DNA of 64,000 nt, from IMG/VR virus record IMGVR_UViG_3300045988_105534, one strand, 5' to 3'. The notes under the pieces were generated by a model, which saw only the letters and a list, made by a program, of their open reading frames with translations, searched no databases and was not told the origin of the DNA. Position 1 is the stretch's first letter, and every line of letters starts with the position of its first letter. Made by a program: the position numbers and the translations under genes. Below are positions 8,915 to 18,827 of this stretch, one piece after another. This stretch comes from a virus.

Positions 8915-9628
8915 ATGGATATCGAACTTACAAAAATGGATTATGTAAACTTTCCTATGGATGAACAATGTTATTCTAATGGAATGTATAATTTTTGGTT
9001 CATTAATAAAGACGTTGCACAAACATTGATCGGTAGATCGATTACCGATAACGAATTTATGTATGAATGTTGTAACAATGTTCGTCATTTAACAAGCAAT
9101 TGTGAATGCATGAATGTTTACGGAGAAGGCGTCTTATGTAATGGAAATACAGGGTTTTTAGACCGTGAATCATTAGGTTTGATTATATGTAGATTAAAAA
9201 ATATTTATGATAATTATTATAAATATTTTGAAAAATTCATGAATCAACAGTTCGATATATTTGTTCACAATTGTCGGAAATTTGAAGCAGAGCATGATTC
9301 GAATACGGTAAGACCTATAACTAAAAAGACACCAGCAGTTGCGAAAAATCCAAAAGGATATATCTATGTTATGAAATGCTGTGGATATTATAAAATAGGT
9401 CGAGCACAAATAGGCAGCACACGATTTGGTGAATATACAAAATTACCAGAAGAACCTGAGTATATTATTAAGCAAATTGTATGTAATTACCAAAAAGTAG
9501 AAATAGCATTACATGAAAGATACAAAGATAAACGGCAAAGAGAAGGAATGTGTGAATGGTTTGAATTGGAAGATTCAAACATAGAAGAAATTAGAGATTT
9601 TGTTAATCAATATGCAGTAGAGGAGTGA
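8915..9628 (+). CDS. T5orf172 / GIY-YIG-like domain protein with Cys-rich N-terminal region
   Basis: C-terminal YIYVMKCCGYYKIGRAQ...EWFELEDSNIEE resembles the T5orf172 (MUG113) domain motif. Confidence 0.5.
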   Translation: MDIELTKMDYVNFPMDEQCYSNGMYNFWFINKDVAQTLIGRSITDNEFMYECCNNVRHLTSNCECMNVYGEGVLCNGNTGFLDRESLGLIICRLKNIYDNYYKYFEKFMNQQFDIFVHNCRKFEAEHDSNTVRPITKKTPAVAKNPKGYIYVMKCCGYYKIGRAQIGSTRFGEYTKLPEEPEYIIKQIVCNYQKVEIALHERYKDKRQREGMCEWFELEDSNIEEIRDFVNQYAVEE

Positions 9629-9634
9629 TTAGTT

Positions 9635-9886
9635 ATGGAAAATAACGAAGTAAAAAGAATTGCAAACATCTTATTCAATATGTCTTTGGGAATGGACTAT
9701 GACACGTTCGTAGATGATTGTAAAGAAGATATGAAAATGCTGACTGAAAGCATTGGAAAATTATCTAAGGCAATCGGGAAATTGTCTAAAGCGGATGATT
9801 CTCTGTTTTATGTATTGCAGAATATTGCAGATAACAACGCAGATATGGAAAATAGATTGGTCAATGCAGATGGATCTATTAATTAA
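9635..9886 (+). CDS. Hypothetical protein (83 aa)
   Basis: GAGGAG Shine-Dalgarno; internal repeat SIGKLSKAIGKLSKA. Confidence 0.55.
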   Translation: MENNEVKRIANILFNMSLGMDYDTFVDDCKEDMKMLTESIGKLSKAIGKLSKADDSLFYVLQNIADNNADMENRLVNADGSIN

Positions 9887-9925
9887 TAGAATGTCAATTT
9901 TATTGTAGGAAGGATAGAAATAATC

Positions 9926-10267
9926 ATGAGAGTTTTAGTAGAATCAAATTATGGAACAACGACCAAACCAGATGGTCTTGGTGTAGTATGTAAATTGGTA
10001 TGCAGCCCAGACTCAAAAAGAAATTTTTATTGGTATGGAAATGATATGGAATTAAATAGTAGCTTAGGTCCCGACATCCGACAATGTGGAACACGAGAAG
10101 AATTGTTGGAAAAATTAAATAGACGAAAGAAAAATTATGAAATACGATTACAAAATCTTTCTTCTGATTTATTTCTTAATCAAAAAGGCAAAGTGGTCTT
10201 TGAGAACTGTCTTAAGCAAGATATTCTTATGTATAAGACTTTTATTGAAGCACTAGAAAAACAATAG
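9926..10267 (+). CDS. Hypothetical protein (113 aa)
   Basis: AGGAAGGA Shine-Dalgarno. Confidence 0.6.
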   Translation: MRVLVESNYGTTTKPDGLGVVCKLVCSPDSKRNFYWYGNDMELNSSLGPDIRQCGTREELLEKLNRRKKNYEIRLQNLSSDLFLNQKGKVVFENCLKQDILMYKTFIEALEKQ

Positions 10268-10284
10268 GAAGGATGGAAATTTAC

Positions 10285-10479
10285 ATGAAAAAATATATAA
10301 TAGATGTTGTAGAAACATATAAGAGATCAGTTGAAATTAAAGCAGAAACAGAGGATGAAGCAAGAAATATTGTAGCGGAAAAGATTAATACAGGAGATAT
10401 TGATATTCCTTGTGATGGCGGTGGTTACGACTATGAGTACGAGTTATTTGCAAGTGAGGTAGAGGAAAGCGAAGTGTAA
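10285..10479 (+). CDS. Hypothetical acidic protein (64 aa)
   Basis: AGGAAGGATGG Shine-Dalgarno. Confidence 0.55.
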   Translation: MKKYIIDVVETYKRSVEIKAETEDEARNIVAEKINTGDIDIPCDGGGYDYEYELFASEVEESEV

Positions 10480-10586
10480 TTTTTATGGACTGTTTACTAC
10501 AGTCAGAGAAGATGATGATATATACATATTAGTTGAGATACAAGACAAACAAAAAACTTAAAGAACAGAGCAAAGGAGAGTAAATT

Positions 10587-10757
10587 ATGCCATTGGTTTT
10601 ATTATTAATAATTATATTTATCGTTCCAGATGACACTTTGGAATATATGTTAGGAGCTATTTTAGGTGGTGGTTATGGAATTTTAATGGTTATAGCATTT
10701 GTTGCTATTCTGTATGGGATTTATAAGTTCTTTTCCGATCTTTGGAATGGAAGATAG
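10587..10757 (+). CDS. Small membrane protein (56 aa), not in the ORF track
   Basis: AAAGGAGAG Shine-Dalgarno; MPLVLLLIIIFIVPDD...ILMVIAFVAILYGIY shows two transmembrane helices. Confidence 0.5.
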   Translation: MPLVLLLIIIFIVPDDTLEYMLGAILGGGYGILMVIAFVAILYGIYKFFSDLWNGR

Positions 10758-10809
10758 AATGGAAAATATTATTTGATAAAGCAGATTATATATGGAAGGA
10801 GTTATGAAT

Positions 10810-11331
10810 ATGAATAAATTCAAGCATTATGGGAAAGATGTATGGGTTCAGACATTTACAGAAACAAACTGGGTAGATGGACTAAAGAAAAACGGATTAG
10901 AATATGTAGCACTTCCAGATCTTGAACATGAAGTATATAAATATGTTAAGAATGGAAAAGAGAGGTATGCTCTAATTCATTATCCTGATGTACCTGAAGA
11001 AGCATTACAAGAAGTATATATAATAGAAAAGATTCCTGATGATCTTAGTTGGGATAACATAATAGAAGATTACAGACAGCAGAGTAGAGGATATGAACCG
11101 ATGAAACTGCCAACACGAGCAAGGCTATTGTATGATAAAGCCGATCACATAGCATATGAATTGGAAAAAGAAGATCCCAATTTTGCTAAAAATTTTTGGC
11201 ATAGACCTACAGGATATATTGATCCTAAACGATTTAAGTCGGCTCTTACTTTGCTTGGAACAAGTATCGAAGAACTAAGGGAAATGGATCATTCCGATAC
11301 GCCAGAAATTGATGAACTAGAATTAGAATGA
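10810..11331 (+). CDS. Hypothetical protein (173 aa)
   Basis: TGGAAGGAG Shine-Dalgarno; third in-frame ATG chosen for spacing. Confidence 0.55.
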   Translation: MNKFKHYGKDVWVQTFTETNWVDGLKKNGLEYVALPDLEHEVYKYVKNGKERYALIHYPDVPEEALQEVYIIEKIPDDLSWDNIIEDYRQQSRGYEPMKLPTRARLLYDKADHIAYELEKEDPNFAKNFWHRPTGYIDPKRFKSALTLLGTSIEELREMDHSDTPEIDELELE

Positions 11332-11424
11332 ATACAAATTAATATAGGTAACTAGGACACTTATGGAAAATTCCAGAGTGTCTTTTTTAATACAAATTTT
11401 TACATAAGAAAGGTGGAATTAATT

Positions 11425-12777
11425 ATGAATCTAAACGAAATGGAAATCCCTTGCGATCCAATTTTGGACAAAGCAAAGAGGGATGAGTTGGTGCAGAACA
11501 CAGAACTTTTAAAACAGGTTACAATCAAGCCGATCCCGTGGCTTCCTGGACGAGATTATATTACTACAGAACAGGTAGCACGATTCTTTGATGGAAATGT
11601 TGACGAGGTTAAGAGGTTGTGTACGAAGTATCGCAAAGAGTTTTTAGACGATGGAATGGAAGTTAAGACAGTACAAGAGATCATTGACGGTCAGGACGCA
11701 ACAACGGAAAAACAGAAGGGAAGAATCATGGTAACGTATCCGAACGGATTGAATATCTCATTCGGCTATAAGGGTGCTAAGGTGTTTACTCTTAAATGTT
11801 TGATCAGGTTATCTTTACTAATGGAAACTTCAAAACTTGCCGAGAGCGTGAGGTATTATGTTTTCATTAATGATTATATCACGATAGAAGAGCAGAGAGA
11901 ACAAGAGCAGGTAGAGGCAGGTGTGCAGCTTGTAGACACAACGGAAATTTTAGGTAGAAGAATTGACTTATACAGAAGCATTGAAGATCCGTTATTCTTG
12001 GCAAGAGATGTTGCAGAATGGATTGATTATAGTAAACGTCCTGATGGAAGTTATAAAACAGATATGATGTTACAGGTGATTGATTCAGAGGAAAAATATA
12101 AGACCAAAATCTTAACCGCCAATAATGTTGGCGGGTCAAATTTAGGTCAGATTGATTCTACGGGAAAGACTATTAATCCATTTTGGTTTCTGACAGAAGA
12201 TGGACTCTATGAAGTGTGTATGCAGTCACGCAAGCCGATTGCAAAACAGATGAAGAAACAGATCAAAGAATACCTTAGAAACATCCGTAAGACAGGCGGT
12301 GCAGTTGACTTTGGAAAAGAATCACAGTTTATTGAACACTATTTTCCATCATTCTCTGAAGATGTCAAGCTTGCAATGGTAACGGATCTGAGAACACAAA
12401 ACAAGGAACTCAAAGAAGAAAATCAGAAGCTACAGAATGATAATAAGCTATTAGCAGCGGAAATTTTGACGTGGGATGATCGCAATAAGATGAACGCTGG
12501 TATTAGGAAATTAGCTGCGGTTACAGGAACACAGTTCTCTGTTATGTGGAACGAGCTGTATAAGAACTTACAGTATAAATATCAGATTGATGTTAAGAAA
12601 CGTGGAAAGAAACCATTTCTACAGTGGATTCAAGAACATGAATGGGATAAGGTACTGAAAGTCTTTTGTGCAATGTGTGAAGCTAGAAACCTATCTCCAA
12701 CAGATATGTTCCAACAGACGGCACCTGTGGAAAATTTATATGATAATGAAGATGAGGATGATGAAGTATGGAATTAG
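11425..12777 (+). CDS. Phage antirepressor-like protein (ORF6N/KilA-N-like N-terminal, ORF6C-like C-terminal)
   Basis: 450 aa. The central RRIDLYRSIEDPLFLARDVAEWIDYS...NPFWFLTEDGLYEVCMQSRKPIAKQ segment resembles ORF6N / Bro-N-type domains. Confidence 0.5.
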   Translation: MNLNEMEIPCDPILDKAKRDELVQNTELLKQVTIKPIPWLPGRDYITTEQVARFFDGNVDEVKRLCTKYRKEFLDDGMEVKTVQEIIDGQDATTEKQKGRIMVTYPNGLNISFGYKGAKVFTLKCLIRLSLLMETSKLAESVRYYVFINDYITIEEQREQEQVEAGVQLVDTTEILGRRIDLYRSIEDPLFLARDVAEWIDYSKRPDGSYKTDMMLQVIDSEEKYKTKILTANNVGGSNLGQIDSTGKTINPFWFLTEDGLYEVCMQSRKPIAKQMKKQIKEYLRNIRKTGGAVDFGKESQFIEHYFPSFSEDVKLAMVTDLRTQNKELKEENQKLQNDNKLLAAEILTWDDRNKMNAGIRKLAAVTGTQFSVMWNELYKNLQYKYQIDVKKRGKKPFLQWIQEHEWDKVLKVFCAMCEARNLSPTDMFQQTAPVENLYDNEDEDDEVWN

Positions 12778-13013
12778 AACAGATTATTCATGTCTTTGAA
12801 CAGTTCTGCGGAATATCTTTTGTGTTATATGTGATTGTTTTCCTAGCTTGGTTATCGCTAAGAAAAATTGATCGTGAACATAATAAGGTATATTTAAGCA
12901 AATATATAGACGTATTAGAGGAAATATTAGAAGCTATTATGAAGCCTATGAAAGTAATTACGACATTATGGGTTATCGTAGCTTTCGGAATGCTTATTTA
13001 TCAGCTGATTTAA
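12768..13013 (+). CDS. Small membrane protein (81 aa)
   Basis: Overlaps upstream stop; two hydrophobic helices. Confidence 0.55.
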   Translation: MELEQIIHVFEQFCGISFVLYVIVFLAWLSLRKIDREHNKVYLSKYIDVLEEILEAIMKPMKVITTLWVIVAFGMLIYQLI

Positions 13014-13033
13014 TTCCATATAATAATTTTGGC

Positions 13034-13066
13034 AAAGAACCGAGTGGAAGGTTCTTTTTATTTTAC
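13034..13066 (+). terminator. Rho-independent terminator
   Basis: AAAGAACC-gagtggaa-GGTTCTTT followed by a T-run. Confidence 0.7.
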
Positions 13067-13082
13067 GGGAATATTTGACGAG

Positions 13083-13108
13083 AACCGATTTGGCAGGTCG
13101 GTTTTTTG
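13083..13108 (+). terminator. Second tandem rho-independent terminator
   Basis: AACCGA-tttggcagg-TCGGTT followed by TTTTTT. Confidence 0.65.
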
Positions 13109-13335
13109 TCAAATTTATTATACACAAACTAATGATTCACTAAGCATATAATTGTTAATGGAAAGGGTGTTGATTACATAGAGAGCTAATAGGAATAGAA
13201 TAGGTTTCGATTAGGATTGGCACACTAATAGTTGGAATTAAATGTTGATTTTATTCCTATTGGTTTACGGAATACAGTTATACAAAAATAATGAGTGTAG
13301 AGAAAAATAAGACAGTTTAGAAAGGAAGATGAAGA

Positions 13336-14430
13336 ATGAACCTACAGTTAGTAAAAACGGAAAATTTTAATGATATAGCGTGTGATTTTTATAGTGCCGA
13401 GGACGATATTTGGATGACAAGAAAGCAGATCGGAGAGGCACTGGAATATGGAGATCCACAGAAAGCAATTGATAATTTGCACAATAGATATAGAGATAGA
13501 CTGAATAAATATTCAGTTACCCTCAAACTGGGGGCTACTGATAACAAGAAGTATGACACTACACTCTATAATGAACGTGGCGTGATGGAAATTTGTAGAT
13601 GGAGCAGACAGCCAAAGGCAAACGCCTTCATGGATTGGGTTTGGGACGTGATTTCCTCTTATCGTCATGGAAATTTAAGAACAGGAACTCCCGTAACAAC
13701 AGTGGAGCAATTTCTTACAGAACAGACAGAACTTATGAGGCAGATGGAAAGAAACAATGAACGCTTATACAATGTTACTATCAAAGGTTTCAATCAGTTG
13801 GCAGACATTGTAAAAGAGATGAAAGCCGAACGGAAAGAATTATATAAGCAGATTGGCAAGTCTACGAAAGATATTCCAGTAATGGATACGGAAAATGTTA
13901 TTGCAGAATACAAACTTAATGAATGGAAATCCAAGGTGTATTCTATCATTAATGATATTCTAAAAGAATCTGATGAACTAGGAACAACTACTAGAGATAT
14001 TCTTAAAGAAACATACAGGTATCTTACCAACACATATGGAATTGTGTGGGAACAGGATCGGAAAGAATATAAAGAGAAGTATAATATTAGCGAAAGAGGT
14101 AATGTACCAACGATTGATCTTTGCTATGACAAGTACCCTGATCTGCTAATCAATTCATTGGAAAAACTTCTGCGACAGTTCCGCAAAGAAAATGCACAGC
14201 CTGATTGGGAAGAAATGAAAATTAAGATTACTAATTATGCTAATCATATTGGAAATAAATCTAAAGGCGGAACGTCTGTGTATCGGAAAATCTACACTAA
14301 GATGACAGAGAATGGAGTTAACTGGGATGAATATGCTCATGGGCTATCTAAATCCCAGCTTATTAAAACAAATGCAACTTTGTACAACAGATTTTACGAA
14401 GCAGCGGTGGAAATTATTTCAGAAGAATAG
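13336..14430 (+). CDS. Bro-N domain antirepressor-like protein
   Basis: N-terminus LQLVKTENFNDIACDFYSAEDDIWMTRKQIGEALEYGDPQKAI...ERGVMEICRWSRQPKANAFMDWVWD matches the Bro-N pattern. Confidence 0.7.
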   Translation: MNLQLVKTENFNDIACDFYSAEDDIWMTRKQIGEALEYGDPQKAIDNLHNRYRDRLNKYSVTLKLGATDNKKYDTTLYNERGVMEICRWSRQPKANAFMDWVWDVISSYRHGNLRTGTPVTTVEQFLTEQTELMRQMERNNERLYNVTIKGFNQLADIVKEMKAERKELYKQIGKSTKDIPVMDTENVIAEYKLNEWKSKVYSIINDILKESDELGTTTRDILKETYRYLTNTYGIVWEQDRKEYKEKYNISERGNVPTIDLCYDKYPDLLINSLEKLLRQFRKENAQPDWEEMKIKITNYANHIGNKSKGGTSVYRKIYTKMTENGVNWDEYAHGLSKSQLIKTNATLYNRFYEAAVEIISEE

Positions 14431-14479
14431 AGAGTTGTGATATAATTATGACACAAAACGAAAAAGGAGTTGTCTCAAA

Positions 14480-14749
14480 ATGAATAAATTGGAAAACCGA
14501 AAAGAAGAAGCTAAAGAATATAGGAAATTAGTTGATAAATGTTTAGCTTTAATGGATAAATACGTTGGAGTAACATTTGGAATTCCTGTATGGATTAATC
14601 GCATAAATAGAAAATTACAATTTAAGAATGATAAAACTGGCGAATGGCGACTTTTGACTAAAGAAGAAGTGTTGTACATTATTGATAAATATGAGAAATT
14701 GGACAACTTTGTAGCAGAATTAGAAAAGGAAACGAATATTGGATACTAG
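14480..14749 (+). CDS. Hypothetical protein (89 aa)
   Basis: AAAGGAG Shine-Dalgarno. Confidence 0.6.
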   Translation: MNKLENRKEEAKEYRKLVDKCLALMDKYVGVTFGIPVWINRINRKLQFKNDKTGEWRLLTKEEVLYIIDKYEKLDNFVAELEKETNIGY

Positions 14750-14786
14750 AATAAAACAAATATTTGATCATAAGGAATGAGAGTAA

Positions 14787-15371
14787 ATGGAAGATAGATA
14801 TATGTATGAAGATATGAGCAAAATTTTAAAAGATAGACAGATTGGAGATTTTAAATTGTCTCATTTTACAATAAGCAACCATAATGGATACGCCATGTGT
14901 CATGGAATTGCACCAGGAGATTATGTGAGATTAGAACATAGAGGAAGTGTCTTAATGTCTAATACACCAATGGAAAAAAGAACAAATGAAGATTTTGTAA
15001 CAAATGCTCATGGGAAAGTTCTTATTGGTGGACTTGGAATTGGCTTGATTTTACTTGCGATTCAAGATGATCCAATGGTAGATAAGATAACTGTAGTAGA
15101 AAAGAATCAGGAAGTTATTGATTTGGTAGCAAGTCAGTTGCCATTGAGTAATAAGGTAGAAATCATCTGTTCAGATGTATATGATTATATCCCAGAAGAT
15201 TGGTATAATACAATTTACATGGACATTTGGAGTTTTATCAACGAAGATATTTGTTATAACGAAATGTATCCACTGATGGATAAGTACGAACAATATTTAG
15301 ATATTAATGATGAAGATAGATATCTTGATTGTTGGTGTAGATATGAGGCAGAACATGGTATTAGAATTTAG
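14787..15371 (+). CDS. Putative Rossmann-fold SAM-dependent methyltransferase (spermidine-synthase-like)
   Basis: GKVLIGGLGIGLILLAI is a glycine-rich motif I; an acidic VVEKN motif II follows. Weak assignment. Confidence 0.4.
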   Translation: MEDRYMYEDMSKILKDRQIGDFKLSHFTISNHNGYAMCHGIAPGDYVRLEHRGSVLMSNTPMEKRTNEDFVTNAHGKVLIGGLGIGLILLAIQDDPMVDKITVVEKNQEVIDLVASQLPLSNKVEIICSDVYDYIPEDWYNTIYMDIWSFINEDICYNEMYPLMDKYEQYLDINDEDRYLDCWCRYEAEHGIRI

Positions 15372-15547
15372 AAATTGAGGTGATAAAAATGGAAATATTA
15401 ACATTAAAGGGTATTGGAAAGTTCAAATTGTTAACACGATTATTAATGCAATGCCCACCAGAAAATTGTTTGATTACAGTTATCCAACTTGCATTGTAAT
15501 CTGCAAAGAATAAAATGAAACTTTGATGGAAAGGAAAGGGGATAAGT

Positions 15548-16537
15548 ATGGCTAAATATGAAGGCACTTACGCTTGTGGGCATGATGGAGTAGTAAATGT
15601 TATTGGAAAAATGAGTGAAAGACAGAGAAAGGTTGACTATGCTTTTTCTCATCTATGTCCACAATGTGAAAAAAAAGAAAGAGAAAAACAGATTACAGAA
15701 GAAAACAAAAACTCTGAGGCACTATCAAAAGAATATGGATTTCCAGAATTGACAGGAACAGAAAAACAAGTAGCGTGGGCTAATACAATTCGATTGGATG
15801 TTTATAATGAGTTTGAAAACGACAGAACAGTACAGGAAATTATAGAAAATGAAACGACAGCCTCTTTTTGGTTAGACTTAGATCGATTTATTAGTAAACA
15901 AGATTTTCTGCGAAAATATAAACGAACTAAGAGGGAGAAAGAGCGTCGAGAAAGAATCATTAGTATTGATGCTGTGGCACCAGAAAGACTAGAACATGAA
16001 GGTGTTGTGGAAATTGTTAAAAAACTTGATAAAATATGCTTGTTTTACCTGAAAGATCAGGATTTCATTAATTTGGTTAAATCAAAAGATTATAGATGGA
16101 ATGAAGATGATTGTTGTTGGTGTCGTTGTCTGACCGAGAAAAGCGGAAATTATGCTGACAGAGCAGCAGAAATTGGACACAGTTTATTACAAAATGGGTT
16201 TGCTATTTGTATTCATGATAGCGAAATCACAGAAATGGCAATCAGCGGTAACTATAAAAAAGAAAACACTCGTTGGATTAATTACGATTCAAAAGATAAA
16301 GTTCTAACATTGCGTTGGAGTGCAAGGAGTAATGAAATTTACAACGCTTCAAGGAAAATTGTGAATAATCGATATAATCGAGACAAAGGGTGCGTGGAAG
16401 TACCTATAGTCAATTACAGGTCTGTAAATAACTTTGCGAAAAAGTATGATTTTTGTTATACTGAAAATGCACTTGATGCTATCGAACAGTATAAAAAAGA
16501 AGTCAGAGAAATGAGAAGGGTTAAGGTGGACAAGTAA
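15548..16537 (+). CDS. Hypothetical protein (329 aa) with N-terminal Cys cluster
   Basis: GGAAAGGGG Shine-Dalgarno; CGHDG...CPQCEKK zinc-ribbon-like motif. Confidence 0.6.
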   Translation: MAKYEGTYACGHDGVVNVIGKMSERQRKVDYAFSHLCPQCEKKEREKQITEENKNSEALSKEYGFPELTGTEKQVAWANTIRLDVYNEFENDRTVQEIIENETTASFWLDLDRFISKQDFLRKYKRTKREKERRERIISIDAVAPERLEHEGVVEIVKKLDKICLFYLKDQDFINLVKSKDYRWNEDDCCWCRCLTEKSGNYADRAAEIGHSLLQNGFAICIHDSEITEMAISGNYKKENTRWINYDSKDKVLTLRWSARSNEIYNASRKIVNNRYNRDKGCVEVPIVNYRSVNNFAKKYDFCYTENALDAIEQYKKEVREMRRVKVDK

Positions 16538-17322
16538 TGGAATATATTAATCATTATACTCTGTTGACAGGGCATATGAGAAAATCTTATTCAGAGGAAA
16601 TCAGTAGTGAAATAAGAACTAGAATGAGAGAGCTTATCGAATTTGATAGGAATGTATCATCTAATTACACAGTACCGTTTATGGATGGAACTAAATTGCA
16701 TATTACTGCGGATAGATCTTTCTATTGTGCAGAAGTTATATTAGAAGCTGAAGGCGAAAATATTGTATTGCTGACAACAGTAGGATGCAAAGATAGAAGC
16801 GGATTATCCCTTGCAATGAAATCAATAGAGTGTGCTTACAAAGATTTGTTTGGAAAATCCTTGGGCGAATATCATCCAGAATTGCCATTCATTGTAGATA
16901 TTCCAACGCCATTTTGTACCATAATCTCAAACTGGTCAGGAGATTTTTGTAGAACATTAGCATGGTCGATCTTTGATGATAAAGATGATCAACCGACAGA
17001 AGAAAACGTAGAAACAAATACAATTCGTAGAAGTGTAGCAGATCTTCATGGAGTAAAGAAAGATAATTACGAAGGACTTCCAGAGGAATTAAAAGAATTC
17101 AATTATTACTTCGTGGATTGTGGACATTCTATTCTTGCAATTCCAGAATGTAAGTTAGACGAAGCAATTAAAGATGTAGATTTGGATATGTTTGAATGTC
17201 CATTTCCTGTTAAATATGTACTTGAAAAAGGATATAGAATGTATAAAGATCATGTAGTTTGCGAGGCAGAATATCATCCTGCATTTGGGTTAATAATTGA
17301 TGAAGAATGGGATGAATTTTAG
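16537..17322 (+). CDS. Hypothetical protein (261 aa)
   Basis: Translationally coupled with the upstream gene (overlapping TAATG). Confidence 0.6.
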   Translation: MEYINHYTLLTGHMRKSYSEEISSEIRTRMRELIEFDRNVSSNYTVPFMDGTKLHITADRSFYCAEVILEAEGENIVLLTTVGCKDRSGLSLAMKSIECAYKDLFGKSLGEYHPELPFIVDIPTPFCTIISNWSGDFCRTLAWSIFDDKDDQPTEENVETNTIRRSVADLHGVKKDNYEGLPEELKEFNYYFVDCGHSILAIPECKLDEAIKDVDLDMFECPFPVKYVLEKGYRMYKDHVVCEAEYHPAFGLIIDEEWDEF

Positions 17323-17413
17323 AGTAACTTAATAAGATGAAATAAATTAAAGCATATCATTTTTTGGTATGCTTTAAAAATACAAATAAAAATATAGAAA
17401 GGAAGTTGGATAA

Positions 17414-18142
17414 ATGAGAGAAAATGCTAGGAAAGAAGGAGATTATATAATATCAGAAGATGTTCTTGGAACATCATATAAACACCCATCATTTGGAATG
17501 TTATCATTCAATCGTACTCATGGTGGGCATAGCAATTTATTTGGCAGTAGCATTCAGCATAACGATACAATCCATATGGTATTAAAGGAAGGTGTGGTTA
17601 TAAGGGGACTCAATGATGATAGGTATGTTGGAGAAGATGAGATTCTGGAAGTAGAAATGTCGCAATCACAATTTGCGGAATTAATTACGTCTATGAATGT
17701 TGGAACAGGTATTCCATGTACTATTAAATATTTACGTGGTAAAGGACGTATTAACGAAGCGGATTTTATCAATAAAAGACAGCAGATAACAAATGAATTT
17801 AAAGAGTCTATGAACGAGCGTATGAGCGATGCAAAAGAATTTTATGATGAAGTCAAGGAGCTTTTTACTACGAAGAAATCTATTGGAAAAGGCGATCGAG
17901 AAATGATTCTGAGAAGACTTGCCAACGTGACTCAAGGTATGGAATCTAGTTCAAAATTTATCTTTGATCAATTCCAAAATCAGATAGACAAAACAATTAC
18001 AGAAGCTAAAGGAGAAATCGAGGCTTTTGCACAGAATAAAATTAATGCAATAGCTCAACAAGCTCTTGTAGAACAGAAAGAAGATATTTTAAAATTAGAG
18101 AATCCTGTTGATGTAAATCATATGGAACTTGATGAAGAATAA
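17414..18142 (+). CDS. Hypothetical protein (242 aa)
   Basis: GAAAGGAAG Shine-Dalgarno. Confidence 0.6.
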   Translation: MRENARKEGDYIISEDVLGTSYKHPSFGMLSFNRTHGGHSNLFGSSIQHNDTIHMVLKEGVVIRGLNDDRYVGEDEILEVEMSQSQFAELITSMNVGTGIPCTIKYLRGKGRINEADFINKRQQITNEFKESMNERMSDAKEFYDEVKELFTTKKSIGKGDREMILRRLANVTQGMESSSKFIFDQFQNQIDKTITEAKGEIEAFAQNKINAIAQQALVEQKEDILKLENPVDVNHMELDEE

Positions 18143-18170
18143 AACGAAAATTTGATAGGTGGTGGTACGA

Positions 18171-18545
18171 ATGGTGGATTTGAATGATCACAAATGTACG
18201 TTTGAATATACAGATGATGAACTGTTGGAGCAGGGAAAGTTAGACATTCAGGTAAGATCACATGGAATAAGAGACGATAGAACTTTTTTAGAACAATATA
18301 TAGTCTTGGAAGAAATCGGCAAGCGATGGATTCGAGAACATGAAAATATGAAGAAAGAAAATATCGTGAGTAATCAGTTCAAAAGCTGGAGCGATGATAA
18401 GTTGTTGAAATTTTATAAGGAACGAAAAGAAATTTATAATGGAAATTTCCCTATCTCGTATATTAATATGTTAGCGGAAATTTCTGATCGTTGGATTAAA
18501 CAAAATGAAATTAAAGAGATAGAATTAGAAGAAGGTGCTAAATGA
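18171..18545 (+). CDS. Hypothetical protein (124 aa)
   Basis: AGGTGGTGG Shine-Dalgarno; ATG four codons after the track GTG. Confidence 0.55.
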   Translation: MVDLNDHKCTFEYTDDELLEQGKLDIQVRSHGIRDDRTFLEQYIVLEEIGKRWIREHENMKKENIVSNQFKSWSDDKLLKFYKERKEIYNGNFPISYINMLAEISDRWIKQNEIKEIELEEGAK

Positions 18546-18787
18546 GAAAACCAATAACAAAATGTCCGCACTGCGGAAGTGATCGTGGAATGGCTGTTAG
18601 GTTTAAAGCTACTGGAACCGATATATATAGTTTTGATGGACATTTTCAAGATGAAGAAATTATTGAATGCTGTACATATAATAAATGTATGACATGCTGT
18701 GACTGTGGTAAACGTATAATGAGTTATGATGAATTTATGACACATTATGCAATTGATGAATTAACTGGTAAGCATTTAAAACAGTGA
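18542..18787 (+). CDS. Zinc-ribbon small protein (81 aa)
   Basis: CPHCGS ... CCDCGK four-Cys motif; overlaps upstream stop. Confidence 0.6.
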   Translation: MRKPITKCPHCGSDRGMAVRFKATGTDIYSFDGHFQDEEIIECCTYNKCMTCCDCGKRIMSYDEFMTHYAIDELTGKHLKQ

Positions 18788-18827
18788 AAGGAGAATTTTA
18801 TCTCCACATATAGAGGGGAGCGATGCC

